Part shown: in pieces, positions 1 to 8,715 of the stretch
Position numbering within the stretch: position 1 is the stretch's first letter
How the letters are laid out: the number at the start of each line of letters is the position of its first letter
Sequence record: SRR22947725_618
Reading direction: 5' to 3' (one strand)
Length of the DNA stretch: 33,875 nucleotides
The notes under the pieces: generated by a model
Told to the model about the DNA's origin: nothing
The model's database searches: none
What the model saw: the letters and a program-made list of their open reading frames with translations, nothing else
Translations under genes and position numbers: made by a program

Positions 1-1
1 G

Positions 2-979
2 CCCATTAGTAGGCTAAATATTTCAAATACACCGATACAAAGCTTAGAATCACTGAGAGGAAAGGCACTTACTTCAATAATCGCTGAGCATACGCAAATC
101 AAAGACATCTCAGCTCTTGCTGGTATGCCATTGGATCAAGTCAATTTCAAAAACAGCCCCATAAAAGATATCTCTATTTTCAAAAGTCTTCCTAAGCTGA
201 CAACGGTAAATTTAGAGAATACTTTCGTCGATGACCTAGAAGGTTTCATAAATTGCCAAAAACTGACGCGATTAAATGTCTCCCATTGCCCCATTCGCGA
301 CTTTAAAGGCTTAGAAAACAGTAAACTTAAATATTTTTATGCATCAAACACACAAGTAACATCTGTAGAAGAGCTCAAAAATCTACCTCTTGAAACTCTT
401 CATTTAAGCAGAACAAATATTGAGAGCCTAGTGCCGATTGAGCATAAGAATTTAAAATCCCTTCATCTTAACAATTCTGCTTTTTTAATTCCTGGAAGTT
501 TAACTAAATTCACTGAATTAACCCATCTTTTTGTCAATGAATGCAACATTAAAGACCTAAGCTTCCTAAAAAATATCAACCTAGAAGTTTTCTCTGCCCA
601 TTTTAACAGAATTAATTCGACTGAAGCTTTTAGTCATATGAATCGATTAACTAATCTAAATTTAACACGAAACCCCATTAAAGACCTTAGTGGCCTGTCT
701 GGCCTAAACCTGACTTCACTGGCTCTTATCTCAACACCAATAAAAGATATAACGGTCCTAGCGAGGATGCCCCTAGAATATCTCGCTATAACAGAATGTA
801 AAAAAATTGATTCACTAAAACCTCTAGAGAAACTCAAAAAAATTATTTACCTAAAAGTCCCTAGTCAGCGCCAAGATTACCATTATCTAAAAGACCTCAA
901 ATCGTTACGAGACCTTTCTGATAATTGGCGATTCATGACGCCAAAAGAGTTTTGGAAGAAATATCCTCGAAAAGATTAA
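2..979 (+). CDS. Leucine-rich-repeat protein, C-terminal part (5' truncated by the window)
   Basis: The frame of ORF 125..979 is open back to base 2 (PISRLNISNTPIQSLESLRG...). Many ~21-22 aa LxxLxLxxTxIxDLxxL repeats; ends MTPKEFWKKYPRKD. Confidence 0.9.
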   Translation, partial: PISRLNISNTPIQSLESLRGKALTSIIAEHTQIKDISALAGMPLDQVNFKNSPIKDISIFKSLPKLTTVNLENTFVDDLEGFINCQKLTRLNVSHCPIRDFKGLENSKLKYFYASNTQVTSVEELKNLPLETLHLSRTNIESLVPIEHKNLKSLHLNNSAFLIPGSLTKFTELTHLFVNECNIKDLSFLKNINLEVFSAHFNRINSTEAFSHMNRLTNLNLTRNPIKDLSGLSGLNLTSLALISTPIKDITVLARMPLEYLAITECKKIDSLKPLEKLKKIIYLKVPSQRQDYHYLKDLKSLRDLSDNWRFMTPKEFWKKYPRKD

Positions 980-2439
980 AGCTCTAAATTGCCAAAAACA
1001 TCGCCCAAGCTCCCAAAAGACTGAGATTTGTTTTTCTGCATAAAGTTCTTTACTGATGCACGACTTTCAGCTTCGGCATTTGTGCCTGGTAAAGCCAAGG
1101 AGATTTTACCATCTTCTATATGAAGAACTTCAACTTCAACTTCATCGCCAATAGGAAACTTACCAGTTAAGAATTTCAATGGGTCGCCATTAGGTGGAAT
1201 ATCAAGTGTACTGACGTGAATAAGGCCGCTCTTGCGATCATTCAGCTTCACGAATACTCCAAAACGCTTAATTCCATCAACTTTACCTGGAACAGTATTG
1301 CCTACTTTTATTGCATTAGAATGACCGGTAGGTACACCCGACTTTTCATGAGTATCAATATCGTGATCTTCATCTTCTCGACTAAGAGAAATGCGACGGG
1401 CTTCAGTATCGATATCCAAGATAAAGACCTCAACCTCATCTCCAACTGCGAAGACTTCTGCAGCATGAGCGATACGACGACCTTCGCCAAATTTAGAGAC
1501 GTGCATTAAACCTTCTATCATATTAGGTAATTGCACAAAGGCACCGTAGCTTTCGAGACGTGTAATGATTCCTTTATAAGCCGTATTTCTTTCAAGGCTT
1601 CCGGCGTCATTCCAAGGATTGCCTTCTGCTTCGCGTAAACTTAGAACTATGCGATCTTTCTCCCAGTCAAGTTTGCGCACAGTGACTTTCACTTTGTCGC
1701 CAACTTTCACAAGGTCATTTACATCAAAGTTTCGATCCCAACTGATCTCGCCCATTGGAACTAATCCATCAACAGCGCCTAGATCTATAAAAACACCAAA
1801 GCTTTCAATCTTACGAACTACCCCGTCCAGCTCATCGCCTTCATTCAGAGTGTTAACCAGCTCTTCACGTTTTTCTTTTGCTTCTTCTTCTACAATGGGG
1901 CGACGTGAGACGACTACATCTCTATCAGTGAGACGAGTAATGACAAAGGTAAGTACTTTACCTAAATAAAATTCCGGATTTTGAGCTCTTGCATCAATTT
2001 GTGAATACGGGCAAAAAGCAGTTAACCCTGCTAATGAAATAGAGTAACCGCCTTTGCGCTCTTCTACGACTTTACCTTCAACTGGAACTTGATTGGCAAA
2101 AGCATCACTGAGTGAATCTCTTAAGGCATCTCCCGACATTCTAAGAGTCAAAGAAATCTCGCCGCCATCATCACTGACAAAGTAAGCCGTGACTTCTTCA
2201 CCTTCCTGAACTTTAAGCTCATCATCTTTGATAAACTCAACTTTAGGAATGATACCTTCACTCTTACCATTTAATTCAATGAATACGCTGTTTTCACCAA
2301 TCATCGTAACGCGACCAGTTACTTTATCTCCTGGTGATAATTCTTTCCCGAGAGAGTCTACGCTTTGCTCCATAAGTGCAGCAAAATCGGCATCCATATC
2401 TACAAAATTCATTTCAGGTATATCGTCGTTACTCATCAT
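976..2439 (-). CDS. rpsA: Ribosomal protein S1 family protein with five S1 domains (possibly a second S1 paralog)
   Basis: Five S1 repeats, e.g. GDELDGVVRKIESFGVFIDLGAVDGLV and GIITRLESYGAFVQL..IEGLMHVS. C-terminal SFGSLGDVF; AAGGA SD upstream. Confidence 0.85.
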   Translation of the reverse strand: MMSNDDIPEMNFVDMDADFAALMEQSVDSLGKELSPGDKVTGRVTMIGENSVFIELNGKSEGIIPKVEFIKDDELKVQEGEEVTAYFVSDDGGEISLTLRMSGDALRDSLSDAFANQVPVEGKVVEERKGGYSISLAGLTAFCPYSQIDARAQNPEFYLGKVLTFVITRLTDRDVVVSRRPIVEEEAKEKREELVNTLNEGDELDGVVRKIESFGVFIDLGAVDGLVPMGEISWDRNFDVNDLVKVGDKVKVTVRKLDWEKDRIVLSLREAEGNPWNDAGSLERNTAYKGIITRLESYGAFVQLPNMIEGLMHVSKFGEGRRIAHAAEVFAVGDEVEVFILDIDTEARRISLSREDEDHDIDTHEKSGVPTGHSNAIKVGNTVPGKVDGIKRFGVFVKLNDRKSGLIHVSTLDIPPNGDPLKFLTGKFPIGDEVEVEVLHIEDGKISLALPGTNAEAESRASVKNFMQKNKSQSFGSLGDVFGNLEL

Positions 2440-2469
2440 CTATCCTTAAGCTTTCAAAATTTTTGCCCT

Positions 2470-2498
2470 AAGGTAGTTCATTTTTACAACAACGCCAA
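2470..2498 (-). promoter_or_regulatory. Candidate sigma70 promoter for the S1 gene
   Basis: Minus strand TTGGCG-17 nt-TACCTT, about 30 nt upstream of the start codon. Confidence 0.45.
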
Positions 2499-2546
2499 CT
2501 GAAGTTTTGACGGAGACGCCCTCATCAGCCAACAAACAAGGAGAAC

Positions 2547-3206
2547 TTAAGCGAGTGCTCGCAATTTATCCTCTTCGAAGGTTCGGTCGAGAATTTTTAT
2601 GACCTCTTCATTAAAGCTCAATGTCTGAGCTGCAGCCTTCAAATAAACCTTATCCGCCATCGCTTCTACAGTCGCTTTATCAAAACCTGAATCAAATGAT
2701 CTCTCACCTAATTTCTCTCCAACCTTTGAGCTCAGCCAACCAAATACGAGAATAAATATGGCAAAGAAAAAGACATCCAAGGCTTCTGAATAATAGGCAT
2801 AGGCCATACAAATAGCAAATGCCAGAAGCGCCCCCCCCAGCATACCGCCAAAATAGCCATAATTGGGAAGCTTCTCTAAAGTTTCTTTAGAACCTATAAA
2901 GTTCTTATTACAGCACTTACCTGAAAAGTTTATAGCCATGAAACGCTTGTTCTCACCATCGATATTTTTCATATCCCAACCGACAACAAGCTTCGCCTGC
3001 CCTTCGACACTACCATTATTCATTTTGAAAAGGTAAGTACCATCTTCTGTGACTGAATTAGCTAAATCGATTTCTTCATCTGAGAATGCACTCTTCATAA
3101 CTCTAGTAATTTCATCATTAACTTGCTCTGCTACTGCTTTAGCTTGATCAAGATCGCTAATTGATAATTGAATGTTTTTTTGAAAACTCATATCCGGTGT
3201 TATCAT
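2547..3206 (-). CDS. Hypothetical membrane protein (two C-terminal-half TM helices)
   Basis: 219-aa ORF, GAGG upstream, hydrophobic segments GGMLGGALLAFAICMAYAYY and VFFFAIFILVFGWL. No family recognised. Confidence 0.75.
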   Translation of the reverse strand: MITPDMSFQKNIQLSISDLDQAKAVAEQVNDEITRVMKSAFSDEEIDLANSVTEDGTYLFKMNNGSVEGQAKLVVGWDMKNIDGENKRFMAINFSGKCCNKNFIGSKETLEKLPNYGYFGGMLGGALLAFAICMAYAYYSEALDVFFFAIFILVFGWLSSKVGEKLGERSFDSGFDKATVEAMADKVYLKAAAQTLSFNEEVIKILDRTFEEDKLRALA

Positions 3207-3237
3207 AACCCACGCCGCCTCATGTTGTTATTAAGGC

Positions 3238-3267
3238 ATTATAAACAAGATACCCATTCTAGAACAA
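3238..3267 (-). promoter_or_regulatory. Candidate sigma70 promoter for the 219-aa gene
   Basis: Minus strand TTGTTC-18 nt-TATAAT, about 30 nt upstream of ATG 3206. Confidence 0.4.
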
Positions 3268-3389
3268 GAAGGGAGTATAATTTTCAGCAGTTTTCTAAAG
3301 CTTATAAAATGAAATTATAAATAACTTAAGAGCTTGAGCATTACAGTGTTTTTCTTTACAGTAATAAACTATCTATCAAAAGGGAACAA

Positions 3390-3785
3390 ATGGACACTGA
3401 AACTGAAAACCTATATAAAGCCCCAATCTCTGAAACGAAACCGAGTACACCTATTGCTGAGCAAGTACACTCAAAGCTTGGTATCGCATCATTTGCGACA
3501 AGTGTTATTACCGGCTTTTTATTATTAGCCCTTTTTATCTATGCCGGCTACGTCGAAACAACTACTCCCGGTGGAATGAATGAAGAATCCACTGTTGCTA
3601 TTTTGATTGGTTTTGGTTTTATTGCCGCTGTAGGTATTCTTCTTATTTCACTTGGCCTAGGAATCGGTGGCCTTATCCAGAAAGAGCGCAAAAAGTTATT
3701 CGCCGCTCTAGGTACTGCATTTTCATCTCTGATTATCCTCTCGGCAGCAGCTCTGATCATTATTGGCTTAACTATGCAGGGTTAG
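3390..3785 (+). CDS. Small three-TM membrane protein of unknown function
   Basis: 131 aa, AAGGGA SD, three hydrophobic helices, motifs HSKLGIASF and QKERKKLFAALG. Confidence 0.8.
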   Translation: MDTETENLYKAPISETKPSTPIAEQVHSKLGIASFATSVITGFLLLALFIYAGYVETTTPGGMNEESTVAILIGFGFIAAVGILLISLGLGIGGLIQKERKKLFAALGTAFSSLIILSAAALIIIGLTMQG

Positions 3786-3875
3786 GTCTTAATAAAGAAG
3801 TCAAATTAGAATCCTAGTGATCTACTAAAAATACAAATCACCACAGATTGAATTTAATATTTACAAGACGCAACT

Positions 3876-3907
3876 AAAAAAGCCGGACATCCTAAAGAAT
3901 GTCCGGC
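3876..3907 (-). terminator. Intrinsic terminator downstream of tal
   Basis: Minus strand GCCGGACAT-TCTTTAGG-ATGTCCGGC followed by TTTTTT. Confidence 0.85.
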
Positions 3908-3932
3908 AAAAAGATTATAAATTTAAAAAGGA

Positions 3933-4892
3933 CTACTTAAGTTGAGATAAAATATATTCCTCAAGCTTAATGATATCTTTTGTAAAACCACGAATCCCTT
4001 CTGCTAGCTTTTCTGTTGCCATGGCATCTTCATTCAGCATCCATCTAAACGTAGATTCATCAACATGAAGTTTCTTATCCTGACAATTCTTCTCCGCATA
4101 AGCCTCGTTCAAGATTTCTACGACATCTGCACTATCAGATTTCAACTCCTCAAGAAATTTTGGACCTATTGTTAAAAGGTCACAGCCAGCTAAAGCTTTT
4201 ATCTCACCAGTATTTCTAAAACTGGCCCCCATAACGACTGTTTCATATCCATACTTTTTGTAATAGCTATAAATCCTTCTAACGGATAACACACCAGGGT
4301 CACTTTCGCCTTCGTAATTCTCTCCAGTTTCCTTCTTAAACCAATCCATAATGCGCCCTACAAATGGCGAAATCAGATACACTCCAGCTTCGGCACAAGC
4401 GACAGCCTGGCCGAATCCAAAAAGAAGTGTCAAATTGCAGCGAACGCCTTCTTTTTCTAAAATCTCAGCAGCCTTAATGCCTTCCCAAGTAGAAGCAATT
4501 TTAATTAAAATCCTGTCTTTGGAAATTCCTTGGCTCTTATAAAGTTTGATGAGCTCGCGGGCTTTACTAACAGTTGCGTCTGTATCAAACGATAACCGAG
4601 CATCTACCTCTGTTGATACATATCGAGGGACGATCTTTAAAATCTCTAGACCGAAATTTACACAAACCTTATCCATTGCCGCATCAAGCTTAGTTTTAGT
4701 ATCATTACCATTCGCTTGTCCATACTGAACGGCTTCATCAACCAAATGCTTATATTGAGGCATTTGGGCTGCAGCATAAATTAAAGACGGATTAGTTGTC
4801 GCATCTGTCGGCGTGTAAGCCTTTAAGGATTCAAAATCACCTGTATCCGCAACAACAGTTGTTACTTTCTTTAACGCATCTAACGCACTCAT
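3933..4892 (-). CDS. tal: Transaldolase (type I)
   Basis: Motifs [55 protein letters not shown]. Start moved to ATG 4892 (MSALDALKK), which has GGAGA upstream. Confidence 0.97.
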   Translation of the reverse strand: MSALDALKKVTTVVADTGDFESLKAYTPTDATTNPSLIYAAAQMPQYKHLVDEAVQYGQANGNDTKTKLDAAMDKVCVNFGLEILKIVPRYVSTEVDARLSFDTDATVSKARELIKLYKSQGISKDRILIKIASTWEGIKAAEILEKEGVRCNLTLLFGFGQAVACAEAGVYLISPFVGRIMDWFKKETGENYEGESDPGVLSVRRIYSYYKKYGYETVVMGASFRNTGEIKALAGCDLLTIGPKFLEELKSDSADVVEILNEAYAEKNCQDKKLHVDESTFRWMLNEDAMATEKLAEGIRGFTKDIIKLEEYILSQLK

Positions 4893-5141
4893 CTTATTCT
4901 CCATTATTTTCCACACTATATCCTGCTTCAATAAAGCAAGATTCTATATTTTAACATAATTAATAACATATATACATACAACCATTATAATCAATGTTAT
5001 ATAAAAAAAATATTTAATTGCAATTAAAGATTCATTAGTTATCGCTTAAGGTTTTAAACTAAATAAGCTTGTACTCTTGCCCGATCAAATTAAATTTGGC
5101 CAAATTCACTACAATAAACGGATCTCTGGAGAGACGAATAA

Positions 5142-6275
5142 TTGATCGTTAAACCACAAAATTTTACCTTTGGCGAAAGCCCTGAAGATGAGCTCAAGTT
5201 ACGTTGCGGAACGACGCTGCGCAATGTGTCTGTTGAATATGAAGCTTATGGGTCTTTAAATAAAGACAAGTCAAATGCCATCCTAATATGCCATGCTTTA
5301 ACTGGTAGTGCTCATGCTGCCGGTAAATATAGTGAAGACGATCGTAAACCCGGGTGGTGGGATAGCATGATTGGCCCAGGTAAAGCCTTTGATACAGATC
5401 GTTTTTACGTCGTCTGTTCAAACATTCTCGGCAGCTGCTATGGTACAACTGGACCAACTTCCATCAACCCTGCCACCAGCAAGCCCTATCATATGGACTT
5501 CCCCATGATTACCGTCGCCGATATGGTCGACACCCAATACCGTTTAATGCTACACCTTAAAATAGACCGTTGGCTCTCTGTTGCTGGAGGTTCTTTAGGA
5601 GGTATGCAAGCTTTACAATGGGCTATTAGTTACCCAGATGCGGTTCACTCCGTCATGCCAATAGCCACGACTCCTATGCTGTCGCCTCAATCTATCGCCT
5701 TTGACTGGGTCGGCAGAGAAGCCATTATGGCCGATATAAATTTCAAAAATGGTGAATACACTAAAGAATCCCTTCCTGAAAGAGGTCTTTCCATATCAAG
5801 AATGCTAGCTCACATAACCTACCTTAGCGAATCAGGTATGCGCGAAAAGTTTGGACGCAGGCTACAGGAAATGGATGAATATAATTTTGAGTTCACTCAT
5901 AATTTTCAGATCGAAAGCTACTTAAAGTATCAAGGCAGTCAATTCGTCAATCGCTTTGATGCCAATGCCTACTTATATATCACTCGAGCCATGGATTACT
6001 TTAATCTCTCGATTGAAAACAACCCTTCCGGTAAGCTAGAAGATGTCCTCGCTCGCTCTAAAGCGGCCTTTTTAATTGTTTCTTTTAGTAGCGACTGGCT
6101 GTTCCCTCCTTATCAATCTTTAGAGATCGTCAAAGCACTCTTAAAATGCCGTAGGGAAGTGACCTATAGTGAAATCGAGTCAGACTATGGTCACGACGCC
6201 TTTTTACTTGAAGATGATACTCTGGGTGACATGGTGCGCAATTTCCTCTGTACTCAACAGGAGACTTACGCATGA
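5142..6275 (+). CDS. metX: Homoserine O-acyltransferase MetX (probably acetyltransferase)
   Basis: ICHALTG, GWWDSMIGPGK, nucleophile GGSLGG, RFDANAY, SDWLFP, GHDAFLLE. TTG start with GGAGAG SD and an in-frame TAA directly before it. Confidence 0.95.
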   Translation: MIVKPQNFTFGESPEDELKLRCGTTLRNVSVEYEAYGSLNKDKSNAILICHALTGSAHAAGKYSEDDRKPGWWDSMIGPGKAFDTDRFYVVCSNILGSCYGTTGPTSINPATSKPYHMDFPMITVADMVDTQYRLMLHLKIDRWLSVAGGSLGGMQALQWAISYPDAVHSVMPIATTPMLSPQSIAFDWVGREAIMADINFKNGEYTKESLPERGLSISRMLAHITYLSESGMREKFGRRLQEMDEYNFEFTHNFQIESYLKYQGSQFVNRFDANAYLYITRAMDYFNLSIENNPSGKLEDVLARSKAAFLIVSFSSDWLFPPYQSLEIVKALLKCRREVTYSEIESDYGHDAFLLEDDTLGDMVRNFLCTQQETYA

Positions 6276-6883
6276 ATGAATTAAGTCGCATTGCAGAAGT
6301 CAAACCGGATATACAGGCTCTCTACGACTCTATAAAAGAAGGTTCGCGCGTTCTCGACTTAGGCTGTGGAGATGGAACTCTTTTGAAATTATTAAGAGAT
6401 AAGAAAAATTGTAAAGTCCAAGGAATTGACCGCGATCAAGTTCAAGTCATGAAGTGTATCTCAAAAGGTATCCCTGTCATTCAGACAAATCTTGACGAAG
6501 GCCTTTGCTACTTCCAAGACAACTCTTTTGACTATGTGATTCTCGGTTTAACCTTCCAACAAATTCGCCAACCTCACAAACTCTTAAGAGAAATGGTAAG
6601 AGTCGGAAAATTCTCTATTGTCAGTGTCTTTAATCTGGGCTATATAAAAACCAGATTCCAAATATTTTTTGGCGGTATCATGCCAGTCAACAAAAGACTT
6701 CCTTACGAATGGTACGACACTCCCAACATTCACCTCGGAACAGAAAGAGACTTCTGCACCATGTGTGAAAAAGAGAACCTAAATATTTCTACAACTAAGC
6801 GTATTTCCAGCAGTAATAGTTTTCTGACAAATACCTTCCCTAATCTCTTTGCTGAAATTTGTATTTTCACCATAAATAACTAA
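6272..6883 (+). CDS. metW: Methionine biosynthesis protein MetW (SAM-binding fold)
   Basis: VLDLGCGDG and LPYEWYDTPNIH motifs; ATGA overlap with metX. Confidence 0.93.
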   Translation: MNELSRIAEVKPDIQALYDSIKEGSRVLDLGCGDGTLLKLLRDKKNCKVQGIDRDQVQVMKCISKGIPVIQTNLDEGLCYFQDNSFDYVILGLTFQQIRQPHKLLREMVRVGKFSIVSVFNLGYIKTRFQIFFGGIMPVNKRLPYEWYDTPNIHLGTERDFCTMCEKENLNISTTKRISSSNSFLTNTFPNLFAEICIFTINN

Positions 6884-6983
6884 AAATCAGCTCAACGGGC
6901 ATCCCGTATAGTACAAGCGGAGATGTTATTTCTTCAAAAAGGCAGTATAATTTTCAAGAGACTCAATCGCTAAAGGGAATTCG

Positions 6984-8714
6984 ATGGAAGGCGCTGCAGA
7001 CAAACTTTTAGATAATATCACCAAGAGACTGCGACTCAATGCTTTTCTCCAGTATTTCGCCAAATCGATATTCATCTTATCCGCCATCTATCTCACACTC
7101 ATATTAATTAGCAGATTCAGCGGCTTAATTCCTGATATATTCACATTAAAACTAAGCCTCGCGCCCTTAATATTAGCCATTCTCATCAGCTACTTCTCGC
7201 CTCATAAAACAAGTAAAACACAAGCAGCACGCAATGCGGACGACTTCGCAAAAACCGACGACCTTTTTCTAACGGATCACTCACTCGCTACTGCGTCAGG
7301 TGAATTTAAAGAGCTAATTCATAAGCAAGCCCAAGAAAAGGCCTCAAACTTAAAAGCTGAAGAGATAAGCCCACTCAAGGCTTCTAATGCAGTAAAGAAT
7401 TTACTTTTATCAATTATCCCCATCCTGATTCTCAGTCTATTCATGCCTCAATTTGATCCCTTTGGACAAGAAGAAATTCGTCAGAAAAGTGTTCAAAAGA
7501 AGAAAGTCATCGAAGAAGAGCGTAAAATTACAGCGAAACGACTAAGTGTTCTCAAAAAACAAAAAGCTTTGCCAAAAGAATCAGAACAAATCAAAGCCGA
7601 GCTCACTGAGATCTTTAAAGATTTTAAAAAAGTCGCGCCTAAAGAACAAACAAAAAAAATTCGCGAAAAGCGCCGGAAAATTGCCAAGGCTTGGACTGAT
7701 AAGAACCGCGATCTTCAAAGTGAAAAGAAATCGTCTCTAAAAACACAGTCTATTGGCGCCATGAGCGATAAAATGAAAAAAATCCTTCAAGACTTAAAAA
7801 AGAACCAAACACAAAGTGCCGCTGCTAGCCTCAAAAAAATCGCTGAAGAACTTCAAGAGCTTAGCGAGAAACCTGATTCAGAAGAAAAACAACAGCAAGT
7901 AGCAAAGCTAAAGCAGCAAATGAGTGAAATCAAAGATATGCTCAATAATGAAATGGGCGCTGACTCGGTTAAAGCTGCCATTGACAGAGCCCTTCGACAA
8001 CTCAATGATCTTGATAATGAATCCATGCAAGCTCTTAAAGATGCCGCTAAATCTATGGAATTATCTGAACGCGAGCTTCAACGCTTACAAAAACTTATGG
8101 ACGAAATGGATGAATTGCAGAAAATGATGCAAACCGCCCAAAATGCCGAGAAATATGCCCAAAATCAACAAGGTAAACAAGGCCAGCAAAATGGTCAGAA
8201 GCCGCCGGAGTACAGTAGCTTTGAAGAATATGAACAGTTTTTCAATCAGCAGAGCGAACCGTGCGAGCCCTGTGAAGGTGGTGGCATTTGTGAAAGCTGT
8301 AACGGCACGGGAAAAGGCGCCGATGGGGAAAGCTGTAAAGACTGCCAAGGAAAAGGAACTTGCGACAGCTGTGGTGGATCTGGTTCTAAACCGGGGTCTG
8401 GTCAAATGATGGCCTCTGGTACAGGCACTGGCAATCCCGGTCAAGGCGGTGGTAAACCTGGAGAAAATAGCGATATAGAAACTGACTTCAAAAAAGAACA
8501 ATCTAAATCAAAAAATAAAGCCGGTAAGATTTTAATGCAATGGAAAACCAAAGGCCAAAGTGAAAAAGGCGAAGTTACCGTTGAGTACGAAGAAGCCCTT
8601 CAAGAAATTAAAGAAGGCGTTGATGAAGCTATCGTTAAAGAGCGTATTCCGCCCGGCTACCATGAAGTCATAAAAAAATACTTCTCTTCCGACAGTGGTT
8701 CAACCGAGGACTAA
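6984..8714 (+). CDS. Membrane-anchored coiled-coil protein with four CxxCxGxG motifs and a C-terminal IPPGY..IKKYF motif
   Basis: Three N-terminal hydrophobic helices, a long K/E/Q/M-rich heptad region, Cys cluster at 8262-8384, Gly-rich linker, C-terminal ERIPPGYHEVIKKYF. AAGGGA SD. Confidence 0.8.
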   Translation: MEGAADKLLDNITKRLRLNAFLQYFAKSIFILSAIYLTLILISRFSGLIPDIFTLKLSLAPLILAILISYFSPHKTSKTQAARNADDFAKTDDLFLTDHSLATASGEFKELIHKQAQEKASNLKAEEISPLKASNAVKNLLLSIIPILILSLFMPQFDPFGQEEIRQKSVQKKKVIEEERKITAKRLSVLKKQKALPKESEQIKAELTEIFKDFKKVAPKEQTKKIREKRRKIAKAWTDKNRDLQSEKKSSLKTQSIGAMSDKMKKILQDLKKNQTQSAAASLKKIAEELQELSEKPDSEEKQQQVAKLKQQMSEIKDMLNNEMGADSVKAAIDRALRQLNDLDNESMQALKDAAKSMELSERELQRLQKLMDEMDELQKMMQTAQNAEKYAQNQQGKQGQQNGQKPPEYSSFEEYEQFFNQQSEPCEPCEGGGICESCNGTGKGADGESCKDCQGKGTCDSCGGSGSKPGSGQMMASGTGTGNPGQGGGKPGENSDIETDFKKEQSKSKNKAGKILMQWKTKGQSEKGEVTVEYEEALQEIKEGVDEAIVKERIPPGYHEVIKKYFSSDSGSTED

Positions 8715-8715
8715 C

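Noticed and set aside
4893-5141. Very AT-rich gap as replication origin, insertion scar or SAM riboswitch
   Set aside because: No DnaA-box cluster, terminal repeats or aptamer-like GC helices seen; best read as a divergent promoter region.
6895-6926. Short hairpins after metW (ACGGG-CAT-CCCGT; CATCCCG...CGGAGATG) as terminator or small RNA
   Set aside because: Stems are short or bulged with no clean U tract; too weak to call.
8262-8384. Multiheme cytochrome c or a true DnaJ chaperone
   Set aside because: No CxxCH motif and no J-domain or HPD motif.
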